Shown here: one piece after another, positions 53,399-64,000 of the stretch
How the letters are laid out: every line of letters starts with the position of its first letter
Position numbering within the stretch: the stretch's first letter is position 1
Assembly: GCA_044344255.1 (NCBI GenBank)
Contig: JBIJDH010000002.1
Location: forward strand, 352,001 to 416,000
Length of the DNA stretch: 64,000 bases
Origin: Myxococcota bacterium
Lineage (GTDB): Bacteria > Myxococcota_A > UBA796 > UBA2385
Direction: 5' to 3'
Translations under genes and position numbers: made by a program
The notes under the pieces: model-generated
What the model saw: the letters and a program-made list of their open reading frames with translations, nothing else
Told to the model about the DNA's origin: nothing
Database searches by the model: none

Positions 53399-56209
53399 AT
53401 GTCTTTCGATCTTGCGTCTCCCGGTTCCCCCACCCCTCCTCTCCCGGCGCTGGCCAGCCTGCTGACCGGTGAGAACGCGGTCTTCATTGACCATCAGTAC
53501 GCGCGCTGGGTCGCGGATCCGGCCTCGGTCGAGCCCGCCTGGGCGGCGATCTTCTCGGCGGAGCTCGACGATTCGCGCCGCCCCGCCGAGCGCCGGGGGG
53601 CCGGGTCGATGGCCTCGGTGGGTCCGGAGGCGGACATCCAGGCGGTGGGCCTCGCGGCGGCGCAGCGACAAGCGCGGATCGCGCAGCTCATCAACGCCCA
53701 CCGGGTCCGAGGCCACACCGAGGCCTCCATTGATCCGCTCGGGCACCTCGAGAAGGTCTACCACCCCGAGCTCACGCTCGAGTACTACGGGCTCGGCGAG
53801 GCCGACCTGGACGTCCCCGTGTACGGGCGCAACCTCAAGGGCCTCTCCGAGGTCACCTCCCTCCGCAAGATCCGCGATCGGCTGCGGAAGGCCTACTGCG
53901 GCGGCTTCGGCGTCGAGTTCATGAACATCGACCAGCCGGAGCGGAAGCGCTGGATTCAGGAGCGGGTCGAGACGCTGCAGGACTCCGACGTGCTCAACCG
54001 CGAGGAGGAGCTTCATGTCCTCCGCCAGCTCGCCGACGCCGAGGGCTTCGAGCGCCTGCTGCACAACCGCTTCCCCGGAACGAAGCGCTTCTCGGTCGAG
54101 GGCGCCGAGACCCTGATCCCCCTCCTCGACATCCTGCTCGATCACACGAGCCAGCTCGGCGCCGAACACTTTGTCATCGGTATGGCGCACCGCGGTCGGC
54201 TCAACGTGCTCGCCAACGTGCTGCGCAAGCCGATCCGCAGCATCGTGGACGAGTTCGAGGACGTCTCCGCCGACAGCTTCCAGGGCTCCGGCGACGTGAA
54301 GTACCACCTCGGCTACGACTCCGAGTACATCACGGTCAAGGGCCAGCGCGTGGGCGTCTCCCTCGCCTACAACCCCTCACACCTCGAGGCGGTCGACCCG
54401 GTCGTGGAGGGGCGGGTCCGCGCGATGCAGGACAAGCTCGGCCCCGAGGGCAAGCACAAGATCGTGCCCCTGATCATCCATGGCGACGCCGCCTTCGCGG
54501 GCCAGGGCATGGTCGCCGAGACGTTGAACCTCTCGGGCCTCGAGGGCTACGGCACGGGCGGGTCGATCCACCTCATCATCAACAATCAGATCGGCTTCAC
54601 GACCTCCCCTCGGGACGCCCGCTCCACCCCGTACTGCACCGACGTGGCGCGCATGCTGGGCGTGCCCATCTTCCACGTCAACGGCGAAGACGTGGAGGCG
54701 GTCGCGGCGGTGGTCCACCTGGCGGCGGAGTGGCGACAGACCTTCCACCGGGACGTGGTGATCGACCTCTACTGTTTCCGGCGGCACGGACACAACGAGG
54801 GCGATGAGCCCTCCTTCACGCAGCCCCTCCTCTACGACGCGATCCGCGCCCACCCCTCGCCGCGGGTGGCCTACGCCCGGCGAATGGTGGCCGAGCGGCG
54901 CTCGCTCACCGAGGAGGAGGTCAACCGTATCGTGGCGGAGAGCCAGAGCCGCCTGGAGGAGGCGCTCACCGCGCCGCGCGAGGAGCCTGGCGCCCGCGGC
55001 AACGGCTGGCGCTTCGAGGGCTCGGTGTGGGACGAGGTGGACACGCGGGTGCCCTTGGAGCGGCTCCAGGCCCTCCTCACCCAGATGAACGATCTCCCCA
55101 CTGGCTTCAGCGCCCACCGCAAGATCCAGCGCCTCCTCGAGCAGCGGGTCGCGATCGCGCGGGGGGAGCGGCCCGTAGACTGGGCGGTGGCCGAGCTGGG
55201 CGCGTACGCCACCCTGGTCGATCAGGGCCGCGCGGTGCGGCTCTCGGGGCAGGACAGCGGTCGCGGCACCTTCTCGCACCGCCACGCCGTGCTCACCGAC
55301 GTGATCAGCGGGCTCGACCACGTCCCCCTGGCTCACCTCCGAGAGGGCCAGGGCACCTTCGAGGTCTATGACTCCCTGCTCTCCGAGGCCGCCGTGCTCG
55401 GCTTCGAGTACGGCTACACCCTCGAGAGCCCGGACACGCTCGTGCTCTGGGAGGCCCAGTTCGGTGACTTCGCGAACGGCGCTCAGGTCATCATCGACAA
55501 CTTCCTGATGTCATCGGAGCAGAAGTGGAACCTCTGCTCCGGTCTGGTGATGTTGTTGCCGCATGGGTACGAGGGACAGGGGCCGGAGCATTCGAGCGCC
55601 CGCCTCGAGCGATACCTGCAGCTCTGCGCTGAAGAGAACGTGGTCGTCGCCAACATCACCACGCCGGCCAACTTCTTCCACCTGCTGCGTCGCCAGTCCT
55701 TGCAGCGCGTGCGGAAGCCCCTCGTGGTGATGTCGCCCAAGTCCTTGTTGCGCCACGCCGAGTGCGTCTCGACGCTCGAAGAGCTGTCGGAAGGACACTA
55801 TCAGCGCGTCATCAGCGAGACGGACGCCGATGTTCGGATCGAGTCCGTTCATCGAGTCGTGTTCTGCTCGGGCAAGGTCTACTACGAGCTCCGGGAGGCC
55901 CGCCGCGCCCGGGGTGTCTCGGACGTGGCCCTCATCCGGCTGGAGCAGCTCTACCCGCTGCCCGCCGACGAGATCTGCGCCGTGCTCGCCGCCGCGCCCG
56001 CGGACGTCGAGGTCGCCTGGTGCCAGGAAGAGCCCCGCAACATGGGCGCCTGGCCGCTGATGGACGAGTGGATGTCGGAGGTGCTCGGCGGTCGCCCTCC
56101 GCGGTACATCGGGCGCCGTCGGGCCGCCGCGGCGGCCACCGGATCTCCCAAGCGCCACCGCACCGAGCAGGCCGCCCTCATCGACGAGGCCCTCGCCCCG
56201 CGCCCCTGA
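53399..56209 (+). CDS. sucA: 2-oxoglutarate dehydrogenase E1 component
   Basis: KRFSVEGAE, GMAHRGRLN, GDVKYHLG, NPSHLE, HGDAAFAGQG, RLSGQD, LWEAQFGDF, LLPHGYEGQGPEHSS. Confidence 0.97.
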   Translation: MSFDLASPGSPTPPLPALASLLTGENAVFIDHQYARWVADPASVEPAWAAIFSAELDDSRRPAERRGAGSMASVGPEADIQAVGLAAAQRQARIAQLINAHRVRGHTEASIDPLGHLEKVYHPELTLEYYGLGEADLDVPVYGRNLKGLSEVTSLRKIRDRLRKAYCGGFGVEFMNIDQPERKRWIQERVETLQDSDVLNREEELHVLRQLADAEGFERLLHNRFPGTKRFSVEGAETLIPLLDILLDHTSQLGAEHFVIGMAHRGRLNVLANVLRKPIRSIVDEFEDVSADSFQGSGDVKYHLGYDSEYITVKGQRVGVSLAYNPSHLEAVDPVVEGRVRAMQDKLGPEGKHKIVPLIIHGDAAFAGQGMVAETLNLSGLEGYGTGGSIHLIINNQIGFTTSPRDARSTPYCTDVARMLGVPIFHVNGEDVEAVAAVVHLAAEWRQTFHRDVVIDLYCFRRHGHNEGDEPSFTQPLLYDAIRAHPSPRVAYARRMVAERRSLTEEEVNRIVAESQSRLEEALTAPREEPGARGNGWRFEGSVWDEVDTRVPLERLQALLTQMNDLPTGFSAHRKIQRLLEQRVAIARGERPVDWAVAELGAYATLVDQGRAVRLSGQDSGRGTFSHRHAVLTDVISGLDHVPLAHLREGQGTFEVYDSLLSEAAVLGFEYGYTLESPDTLVLWEAQFGDFANGAQVIIDNFLMSSEQKWNLCSGLVMLLPHGYEGQGPEHSSARLERYLQLCAEENVVVANITTPANFFHLLRRQSLQRVRKPLVVMSPKSLLRHAECVSTLEELSEGHYQRVISETDADVRIESVHRVVFCSGKVYYELREARRARGVSDVALIRLEQLYPLPADEICAVLAAAPADVEVAWCQEEPRNMGAWPLMDEWMSEVLGGRPPRYIGRRRAAAAATGSPKRHRTEQAALIDEALAPRP

Positions 56210-56278
56210 GCGCGAGGCGCCCGCGCCGCGCGCCATCGACTGCATCGTTTGAACATTGGAATATCGGAGTGAATTGGA

Positions 56279-57559
56279 ATGGCTGCTAACTCTCGGACAG
56301 AGGTCTCCGTTCCTACGATCGGCGAGTCGATCAAGACCGCGCTGATCGGGCGTTGGATGAAGGAGATCGGGCAGAGCGTCGTCGCGGGGGAGCCGCTGTT
56401 CTCCGTGGACTCCGACAAGGCCTCGCTCGACGTCCCCGCGCCCGCCTCCGGCGTCCTGGTGGCTGTCCTCGCGCAGCCGGGAGACGAGGTCGCGATCGGC
56501 GCGGTCGTGGCCTACCTGGAGGCTGCCGCCTCCGCGGTCGCCCCGGCCATCCCCGCCTCTCCTGCGGCCGTCATCCCGGCCGCCGCGGAGGTCCCCGAGC
56601 CGCGCAACGCCACCCCCTCGGCCAAGGGCCCGCAGACGGGGCCGGCGGCGCGCCAGGTCGCGGCGGAGCACGGCCTCGACATCCAGCAGGTCGAGGGCTC
56701 GGGCGCCCGCGGGCGGGTGCTGAGCCGCGACGTGGAGGCCGCCCTGCGCCCCGCTGCGTCGCCGGTGCTCGCCGCGGTCGCCGCCCCCCTCTCGACCCCC
56801 GCGCCGGTCGCCGCCCCGGCGTCCGCCGCCGTGCCGGCTGCCGCCGGCCCCGTCGATCGCGTGCCGATGACGCCGCTTCGGCGCACGATCGCCCGTCGCC
56901 TCGTGCAGGCCCAGCAGACCGCGGCGATGTTGACGACCTTTAACGAGGTCGACCTCAGCCGGGTCATGGAGCTGCGTAAGACCTACCAGGACCGCTTCGT
57001 GGCGAAGTATGGGATGAAGCTCGGCTTCATGTCCTTCTTCGTCAAGGCAGTGACCGAGGCCTTGAAGGCCTTCCCCGCCGTCAACGCCGAGATCGACGAC
57101 ACAGACCCCGAGCGTCCCGTCGTGGTCTACAAGCGCTTCTACAACATCGGCGTGGCGGTCTCCACCGAGCGCGGCCTCGTGGTGCCGGTGCTGCGCGACG
57201 CCGACCGCCTCTCCTTCGCCGACACCGAGCGCGCCATCGCCGGCCTCGGCAAGAAGGGCCGCGACGGCAAGCTCACCCCCGACGACTTCAAGGACGGGAC
57301 CTTCACCATCTCGAACGGCGGGGTCTTCGGCTCGCTGCTCTCGACGCCCATCCTGAACCCGCCCCAGGTGGGCATCCTCGGCATGCACGCCATCCAGGAC
57401 CGCCCGGTGGGCGTCGAAGGGCGTGTCGAGCTCCGCCCGATGATGTACCTGGCCCTCTCCTACGACCACCGCATCATCGACGGCCGGGAGGCGGTGAGCT
57501 TCCTGGTGCGGGTCAAGGAGCTCGTCGAGCAGCCCGAGCGGCTGCTCTTCGAGGTCTGA
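56279..57559 (+). CDS. sucB: dihydrolipoyllysine-residue succinyltransferase (E2)
   Basis: Lipoyl SDKA, E3-binding [40 protein letters not shown]. Confidence 0.96.
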   Translation: MAANSRTEVSVPTIGESIKTALIGRWMKEIGQSVVAGEPLFSVDSDKASLDVPAPASGVLVAVLAQPGDEVAIGAVVAYLEAAASAVAPAIPASPAAVIPAAAEVPEPRNATPSAKGPQTGPAARQVAAEHGLDIQQVEGSGARGRVLSRDVEAALRPAASPVLAAVAAPLSTPAPVAAPASAAVPAAAGPVDRVPMTPLRRTIARRLVQAQQTAAMLTTFNEVDLSRVMELRKTYQDRFVAKYGMKLGFMSFFVKAVTEALKAFPAVNAEIDDTDPERPVVVYKRFYNIGVAVSTERGLVVPVLRDADRLSFADTERAIAGLGKKGRDGKLTPDDFKDGTFTISNGGVFGSLLSTPILNPPQVGILGMHAIQDRPVGVEGRVELRPMMYLALSYDHRIIDGREAVSFLVRVKELVEQPERLLFEV

Positions 57560-57580
57560 GCGCGGCCGCGCCGGTCTCTC

Positions 57581-58207
57581 TCAGCCGATGTTGTCTTGCT
57601 GGTGGCTGAGGAAGACGGCGTCGGTGGAGACCGAGGTGCAGCAGAGCAGGCAGTAGCCGGCGCCGACGACGTCTTCGTCGAGCACGTACTGCTCGCCCAT
57701 CTCGAAGCGAACCTCGCCTTCGGTCTTCGCCGAGCAGGTCAGGCAGCCGCCCGCCCGGCAGGAGAAAGGGAGCAGGAAGCCCGCCCGCTCTGCCGCGTCG
57801 AGCACGTACTCACCGGGCTCGACCGAGAACGTGACGTCGAGCCCCTCCGCGGAATTGTAGACCCGAACGCGAAAGGCGGCGTCGGTGGTCTCGCGGACGG
57901 CGGCGTAGTGCGCGTTGCGGACGGGGGCGTCGGCGTGGTCGTCGGCCCGGAGCAGCGTCGCGAGCGCGACCGCGGGGATGGGCGCGGCGATCGGCGTCGG
58001 CGCGGGGGCGACCGGCGTCGGCGCGGGGGCGACCGGCGTCGCCGCGACGACGGCCTTCGGGCTGACCGGCGTCGGGACGACGGCTGGCTTCGGGCTCACC
58101 GGCGTCGGGGCGACGGCTGGCTTCGGGCTCACCGGCGTCGGCGCTGGCGCGGGGGTGCGGCCGAGGAGGCCCTGGACGGATTCACGGAGGCGGCTGCGGA
58201 GGCCCAT
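57581..58207 (-). CDS. plant-type [2Fe-2S] ferredoxin with N-terminal helix and Pro-rich repeat linker
   Basis: LPFSCRAGGCLTC...LLCC; linker (PTPVSPKPAV)x~3 and PTPVAPA repeats. Confidence 0.85.
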   Translation of the reverse strand: MGLRSRLRESVQGLLGRTPAPAPTPVSPKPAVAPTPVSPKPAVVPTPVSPKAVVAATPVAPAPTPVAPAPTPIAAPIPAVALATLLRADDHADAPVRNAHYAAVRETTDAAFRVRVYNSAEGLDVTFSVEPGEYVLDAAERAGFLLPFSCRAGGCLTCSAKTEGEVRFEMGEQYVLDEDVVGAGYCLLCCTSVSTDAVFLSHQQDNIG

Positions 58208-58265
58208 GGATGCTCCGGAGAGGCGAGAGGCGGCACCTACCCTGCTCCCGCCGCCGGGCCACGGG

Positions 58266-59306
58266 TCAGGCCTGGGCGACGAGGTGGACGGGCTCGGGGT
58301 TGAGCCGGAAGATGAGCTCCCGACGATAACCGCTGGCCTCTCCGCCGAGCTGGTAGGGCATGGCGTCTTCGAAGACGACACGGACCCGCTCGGCGTGGAT
58401 GTCGAAGAGGCGAGGGTGGTTGAGGGTGCCTCGCCAGCAGGCGGGGAAGTGGAAGGCGGCCTCGAGGGCGCTCAGATCCATGATTCGGAGCTGAAAGAAA
58501 TCCGGCCGCAGCGTGGCGTAGGGGAACATCCGCATCCCGTAGCCGTACAGCGGGGTCGTCGCGGCGCCGAGCAGGGAGCAGCGGCCCCGGTACAAGAGCC
58601 CGCCGGTGGGGATCGGCTCGCCCAGCGGCTCCCCACCAAAGCGCAGGCGCAGCGCGGGCTTGCCGAGGTTTGTGATGCTGACCCGCGGGATGGGGCGGGT
58701 GAGGAAGTTCGGCACCGTCTTCAGCAGGCCGGCCATGAAATAGCCAGGTATTCCCTTTACGATCTCGCCCCACCACTTGCCCTTGCCCTTGCCCTTGAGC
58801 CAGTTGTAGTCGTTGAGGACCGCGGCGTCATAGCCGAGGCCGGCGAAGGGGAAGAGGACGCCCTCGCTCTCCACCATCGGCACGGTGAGCGTGCGGTGGA
58901 CCACGCCCTTCCGCCAGCGCTGCAGGTCCCGCACCGGCGCCCCGCTGCCCAGCCAATGGGCGAGGGCGTTGCCGGTGCCGAGGCGCAGCACCCCCACCGA
59001 GGGGATCGGCTGGGAGGGGCCCCGCAGGTGGCTGAGCGCGTTGATGACGTCGACGATCGTGCCGTCACCGCCCCCCGCGAAGATCGTGCTGAAGCCGAGC
59101 TCGACACAGCGCTTGAGCACTTCGGCGGAGTGCTCCTTGCTCTCGGTGAGGAAGAGGCGGTCGGCGGGGACCACCTCGCGCACCGCCGCGATCAACGCGG
59201 CCGTCACACGGCCCGCGTTCGCGTTGAGCACGACGGCGTATCGGTCGTCGGGGATCGTGTAGCGAGGCACGAGGTCCACGGGCGAGCTCCCCTTCGTCAC
59301 CCCCAC
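58266..59306 (-). CDS. diacylglycerol/lipid kinase family protein
   Basis: NANAG, GGGDGT, LGTGNALA, AGLGYDA, YG.G...FP.A, YQLGGE. Confidence 0.85.
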   Translation of the reverse strand: MGVTKGSSPVDLVPRYTIPDDRYAVVLNANAGRVTAALIAAVREVVPADRLFLTESKEHSAEVLKRCVELGFSTIFAGGGDGTIVDVINALSHLRGPSQPIPSVGVLRLGTGNALAHWLGSGAPVRDLQRWRKGVVHRTLTVPMVESEGVLFPFAGLGYDAAVLNDYNWLKGKGKGKWWGEIVKGIPGYFMAGLLKTVPNFLTRPIPRVSITNLGKPALRLRFGGEPLGEPIPTGGLLYRGRCSLLGAATTPLYGYGMRMFPYATLRPDFFQLRIMDLSALEAAFHFPACWRGTLNHPRLFDIHAERVRVVFEDAMPYQLGGEASGYRRELIFRLNPEPVHLVAQA

Positions 59307-59318
59307 TGGGGCCTGGGC

Positions 59319-61973
59319 CTATCCGAGGAGGGTGTACACCTTCTCGAGGGCGCCGGGGAGGGCGTCGCCGTCCTTCCCGCCCGCCTGGGCCATGTCCGGG
59401 CGGCCGCCGCCGCTGCCGCCCACGAGCAGCGCCACCTGCTTGACGATGTTGCCGGCGTGGGCTCGCTTCCCGGCGAGCTCCTTCGAGACCGTCGCCACCA
59501 GCTTCACCGTGCCCCCCTCTCGGGAGCCGAGCACGATGACGGCGTTGCCGAGCTGATCGCGGAGGCGGTCGGCCTCTTCGCGCAGGGCGGCGGGATCTTC
59601 GGTGGCGATCTCGGCGGCGAGCACGTTGATGCCGTTGATCACCCGCGCCTTGGACAGGAGGTCTCCGGCCTTGAGCCGGGTGAGCTCGCGGCGGAGCTGA
59701 TCGAGCTCCCGATCGAGGCGCTTGCGGTCGTCGAGCAAGCGCTGGAGGGCGTCGGGGGCCTGATCGGGCGTCGAGCGGAGGGCGTCGGCCACCTGTCGGC
59801 CCCGCTGCTCCCGCTCCCGCACCGACAGCAGGGCCGCCGGGCCGGTGACGGCCTCGATCCTGCGTACGCCGGCCGCCACCCCCGCCTCGGAGAGGACGCG
59901 GAAGAGACCGATGTCGCCGGTGCGGCGGGCGTGGGTGCCGCCGCAGAGCTCGACCGAGAAGCCGGGGACGGCGACCATGCGCACGTCGTCTCCGTACTTC
60001 TCGCCGAAGAGGGCCATCGCGCCTGCGGCGCGGGCCAGGCTTAGGGTGGTCTCTTCGACCTCGACCGCCTCGTTGCGCAGGATCTGCCCGTACACGAGAT
60101 CCTCCACCCGGTCGAGCTCCTCCTGGGTCATCGCCCGCGGATGGGAGAAGTCAAAGCGCAGGCGGTCGGGCTCGACGAGGGAGCCCTTCTGGGCGACGTG
60201 CGTGCCGAGGACGGCCCGCAGGGCGGCGTGCATGAGGTGGGTGGCGGTGTGGTTCTTGCGGGTGCGGTCGCGGCGGGCTCCGTCGACCTCGGCCCGGGCC
60301 GCGGCCCCCGTGAGGATGACCCCGCCCACCACACGACCGAGGTGCACGATGAGCTCGGGCACGGGGCGGCGGGTGTCGGTCACCTCGAAGGTGCCGTGCG
60401 GCGTGCGGATGAGGCCGATGTCGCCGACCTGGCCGCCGCTCTCGGCGTAGAAGGGGCTGCGGTCGAGCACGAGGGCGCCGACGTCGCCCGTCTCGAGCAG
60501 GTGGACCTCCTCCTGACCCTTCACGAGGGCGGTGACGGAGGCGTCGCCGGCGTCGGTGACGTAGCCGGTGAACTCGGAGCGCAGGCCGCGGTTGTGCAGC
60601 TCATGCCACTTGTGGCCGACCGCCTGCTCGCCCGAGCCCTTCCAGGCGCTGCGCCCGGCCTCCCGCTGAGCCTCCATGTGGGTCTCGTAGCCGACCTCGT
60701 CGATGCCCACGTCGCGCTCGGCGGCGATCAGGCGGGTGAGGTCGGGGGGGAAGCCGTAGGTGTCGTGGAGGCGGAACACGACGTCGCCGGGGATGCACCG
60801 CTTGTGGTGAGGCTGCCCGTCGAGGCCGCCAAAGACCCCCTCGAGCATCTCCAGGCCGCGGCCGAGCGTGCTGCGGAAACGATCTTCTTCGGTGCGCACC
60901 GTCTCGCGCATGAAGCCGAGGCGCTCCTCGAGCTCGGGGTAGGAGGCGCCCATGTGGGCGGCCACAGCGTCTGTCGCGACGTGGAAGAAGGGCTCCTTCA
61001 AGCCGAGCTTTACGCCGTAGCGGATCGCGCGGCGCATGATGCGGCGAAGCACGTAGCCGCGGTGGTCGTTGGAGGGCGTCACGCCGTCCGAGACCAGGAA
61101 GGCGGTGGCGCGGGCGTGATCAGCGATGACCCGCAGGGCGACGTCGGTCTCTCCGCCGTCGCCGTACTGGAGGCGGGCGTGCTTGGCGATGTCGTGGAGG
61201 ATCGGCGTGAAGCAGTCGCTGTCGTAGTTCGAGTAGACCCCCGAGGTGGCCGCGGCCACGCGCTCGAGGCCGGCGCCGGTGTCGATCGAGGGGCGGGGCA
61301 GCGGGGTCAGCACGCCATCGGCGCTGCGGTCGAACTGCATGAAGACGAGGTTCCAGAGCTCGACGTAGCGGGGGCTCTCCACCGCCGGGCCACCCTCGGG
61401 GCCGAATTCTGGGCCGTGATCGTAGTGGATCTCAGAGCAAGGACCGCAGGGACCGGTGTCGCCCATCGACCAGAAATTGTCGGCGGCGCCGAGCTTCTGG
61501 ATGCGCTCCCGGGGGAGGGCGCCGAGGCTGAGCCAGAGATCGAGGGCCTCCTCGTCCTCTTCGTACACGGTGACCCACAGCCGCTCGGGCGCGAGACCGA
61601 AGGGGCCGGTCAGCAGCTCCCAGGCGTAGCGGATGGCGTCCTTCTTGAAGTAGTCCCCGAAGGAGAAGTTGCCGAGCATCTCGAAGAAGGTGTGGTGACG
61701 CGGCGTGCGCCCGACGTTCTCGAGGTCGTTGTGCTTGCCGCTGACCCGCAGCACCTTCTGCACGGTGGTCGCCCGGCTGTAGGGCCGATGCTCCTTGCCG
61801 GTGAAGACGTCCTTGAACTGCACCATCCCGGCGTTCGTGAAGTACAAGGTGGGGTCATTCGAGGGGACGAGGCTCGAGCTCTGCACGATCCGGTGGTCGT
61901 GGCCGCCGAAAAAGTCGAGGAAGGTGCGTCGGATATCGCTAGATTTTGTGGGGGCGCTCATCGGGGACTTCAC
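59319..61973 (-). CDS. alaS: alanine--tRNA ligase
   Basis: FTNAGMVQFK, HHTFFEMLGNFSFGDYFK, SIDTGAGLER, HTATHL..., ELCGGTH, GGGRPDMAQAGG; AGGAGG before GTG. Confidence 0.98.
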   Translation of the reverse strand: MKSPMSAPTKSSDIRRTFLDFFGGHDHRIVQSSSLVPSNDPTLYFTNAGMVQFKDVFTGKEHRPYSRATTVQKVLRVSGKHNDLENVGRTPRHHTFFEMLGNFSFGDYFKKDAIRYAWELLTGPFGLAPERLWVTVYEEDEEALDLWLSLGALPRERIQKLGAADNFWSMGDTGPCGPCSEIHYDHGPEFGPEGGPAVESPRYVELWNLVFMQFDRSADGVLTPLPRPSIDTGAGLERVAAATSGVYSNYDSDCFTPILHDIAKHARLQYGDGGETDVALRVIADHARATAFLVSDGVTPSNDHRGYVLRRIMRRAIRYGVKLGLKEPFFHVATDAVAAHMGASYPELEERLGFMRETVRTEEDRFRSTLGRGLEMLEGVFGGLDGQPHHKRCIPGDVVFRLHDTYGFPPDLTRLIAAERDVGIDEVGYETHMEAQREAGRSAWKGSGEQAVGHKWHELHNRGLRSEFTGYVTDAGDASVTALVKGQEEVHLLETGDVGALVLDRSPFYAESGGQVGDIGLIRTPHGTFEVTDTRRPVPELIVHLGRVVGGVILTGAAARAEVDGARRDRTRKNHTATHLMHAALRAVLGTHVAQKGSLVEPDRLRFDFSHPRAMTQEELDRVEDLVYGQILRNEAVEVEETTLSLARAAGAMALFGEKYGDDVRMVAVPGFSVELCGGTHARRTGDIGLFRVLSEAGVAAGVRRIEAVTGPAALLSVREREQRGRQVADALRSTPDQAPDALQRLLDDRKRLDRELDQLRRELTRLKAGDLLSKARVINGINVLAAEIATEDPAALREEADRLRDQLGNAVIVLGSREGGTVKLVATVSKELAGKRAHAGNIVKQVALLVGGSGGGRPDMAQAGGKDGDALPGALEKVYTLLG

Positions 61974-62090
61974 GGGAGACCTCCTGGGGCCTGCGCTGCT
62001 TCGAGGGGCCGCAGCGCGTGGGTGACCGCTTCGCGGCCCCTGTTATCCCCGCCGGTCCCGCTCGTCCCCGACGTCTTTTGGGGCCCCCGC

Positions 62091-63173
62091 TCAGTCCCAG
62101 TCTTCGGCGCCGATGCCGCGGAGGCGCAGCGAGAGCTCGTCGGGGTTGTTCACGGCTTTGAGCGCCGCCTCCTCGTCGATTACGCCGTCTTTGAGCAAGC
62201 GATAGACCGCCTGATCGAAGGTCTGGGTGCGGTAGACCTTGGTGCCGGCGGCCATGTGGTCGGGGATCTCCCGGACCCGCGTGGCGTCGCCGATACACTC
62301 CGAGATCACCCCGGTGTTCAGCATCACCTCGACGGCGGCGACGCGGCTGCCCGTCTTGGTGACGACGAGGCGCTGCGAGAGGACCGCCCTCAGGATGCCA
62401 GCGAGCTGGTGCCGCATGTGCGGCTGGTGGTGGGGCTCGAAGAAGCCGACGATGCGGTTGATCGTCTCGGGAGCGTCGAGGGTGTGGAGGGTCGCCAGCA
62501 CGAGGTGGCCCGTCTCGGCGGCCTGGAGGGCGATCTCCACGGTCTCCCGGTCGCGGAGCTCGCCCACCAGGATGACGTCAGGATCCTGGCGGAGCCCGGC
62601 GCGGAGGGCGGAGGCGAAGGTCTCGGAGTCAACCCCGACCTCACGCTGGTTGATGATGCTCTTCTTGTCGGCGAAGGTGAACTCGACCGGATCCTCGATG
62701 GTGAGGATGTGGTGGTGCAGGGTCCGGTTGACCTCCTCGATCAGCGCGGCCAGCGTCGTGCTCTTCCCTGAGCCCGTCGTGCCCGTCACGAGCACGAGGC
62801 CGCGGGGGTACTGGGCGATGTCCCGGAGGACGGCCGGCAGCCGCAGCTCGTCGAGCGTCTTGACCACAGATGGGATGGTGCGCAGGACCATCCCGATCAT
62901 CTGTCGTTGCCGAAACACGTTGATGCGGAAGCGCCCCACGCCGGGCACCTGCCAGGCCATGTCGAGGTCGTTCTGCGCCTTGAACCGGGCCCGCTGGGCG
63001 TCGGTCATGATGTTCCAGGCCATCGTGCCGATCTCTTCGTTGGTCAAGCGCGCCCCCGCGACGAGGGGGGTGAGCGCGCCTTGTACGCGGACCATCGGCG
63101 GCATCCCGACCTTCAGATGAACGTCGGAGGCCCCCTTTCGAATCGCCGCGGTGCAGATCTCTGCGAGGTCCAT
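62091..63173 (-). CDS. pilT: PilT/PilU family type IV pilus retraction ATPase (paralogue)
   Basis: [55 protein letters not shown]; the AIRNLIRE box reads VISECIGD. Confidence 0.9.
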   Translation of the reverse strand: MDLAEICTAAIRKGASDVHLKVGMPPMVRVQGALTPLVAGARLTNEEIGTMAWNIMTDAQRARFKAQNDLDMAWQVPGVGRFRINVFRQRQMIGMVLRTIPSVVKTLDELRLPAVLRDIAQYPRGLVLVTGTTGSGKSTTLAALIEEVNRTLHHHILTIEDPVEFTFADKKSIINQREVGVDSETFASALRAGLRQDPDVILVGELRDRETVEIALQAAETGHLVLATLHTLDAPETINRIVGFFEPHHQPHMRHQLAGILRAVLSQRLVVTKTGSRVAAVEVMLNTGVISECIGDATRVREIPDHMAAGTKVYRTQTFDQAVYRLLKDGVIDEEAALKAVNNPDELSLRLRGIGAEDWD

Positions 63174-63190
63174 TCTTCGGGCTCCTGCGT

Positions 63191-63250
63191 CTGCGCCGAG
63201 GATGTCTGCGCGGAGGATGACCGCGCGGAGGATGACTGCGCGGAGGATAT
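63191..63250. repeat. four 15-bp tandem units just upstream of pilT
   Basis: CTGCGCCGAGGATGT / CTGCGCGGAGGATGA / CCGCGCGGAGGATGA / CTGCGCGGAGGATAT. Confidence 0.9.
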
Positions 63251-63301
63251 CTCGTCCGCCCTGCGCCATGGGCGCGCAGGGCGTCGAGACCGTACCCAGA
63301 T

Positions 63302-63343
63302 CGAGAGCAGGCGACCGAGAGCAGGGGACCGGCAGCAGGCGAC
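63302..63343. repeat. three 14-bp tandem units just downstream of the recA stop
   Basis: CGAGAGCAGGCGAC / CGAGAGCAGGGGAC / CGGCAGCAGGCGAC. Confidence 0.9.
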
Positions 63344-63351
63344 GCGCGCGC

Positions 63352-64000
<649 letters not shown>

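Overview
A gene-dense, very GC-rich bacterial chromosome segment. It is most consistent with Myxococcota or a related deltaproteobacterial lineage, based on a MYXO-CTERM-like sorting tail, an Oar-like TonB-dependent transporter, an AgmX/PglI-like protein, a PilT paralogue and a sigma-54 activator. Core genes include ppx, tolQRAB, rluB-scpB-scpA, Leu dehydrogenase, gltX, mutY, sucAB, alaS, pilT and a partial recA. These are interleaved with many secreted or lipoprotein hydrolases and glycosyltransferases. I see no tRNA, rRNA, CRISPR array, prophage or transposase. Observations most worth following up: (i) a cysM-JAB-ubiquitin-like carrier-MoeZ sulfur-relay operon whose carrier ends GG-RS (a capped di-glycine), directly downstream of a stand-alone CoaC/HFCD cysteine decarboxylase; (ii) a protein that appears to fuse an ECF sigma-2-like domain, a zinc-finger anti-sigma motif, a TM helix and a TPR-like domain; (iii) a recurring pattern of short tandem duplications that copy the stop codon and 3' end of genes; (iv) a candidate structured RNA upstream of scpA; (v) an unannotated 52-aa membrane protein with a near-consensus sigma-70 promoter; (vi) a Cys-less peroxiredoxin-rhodanese fusion and a pseudo-receiver sigma-54 activator. 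All calls come from reading motifs by eye; no database searches were run.
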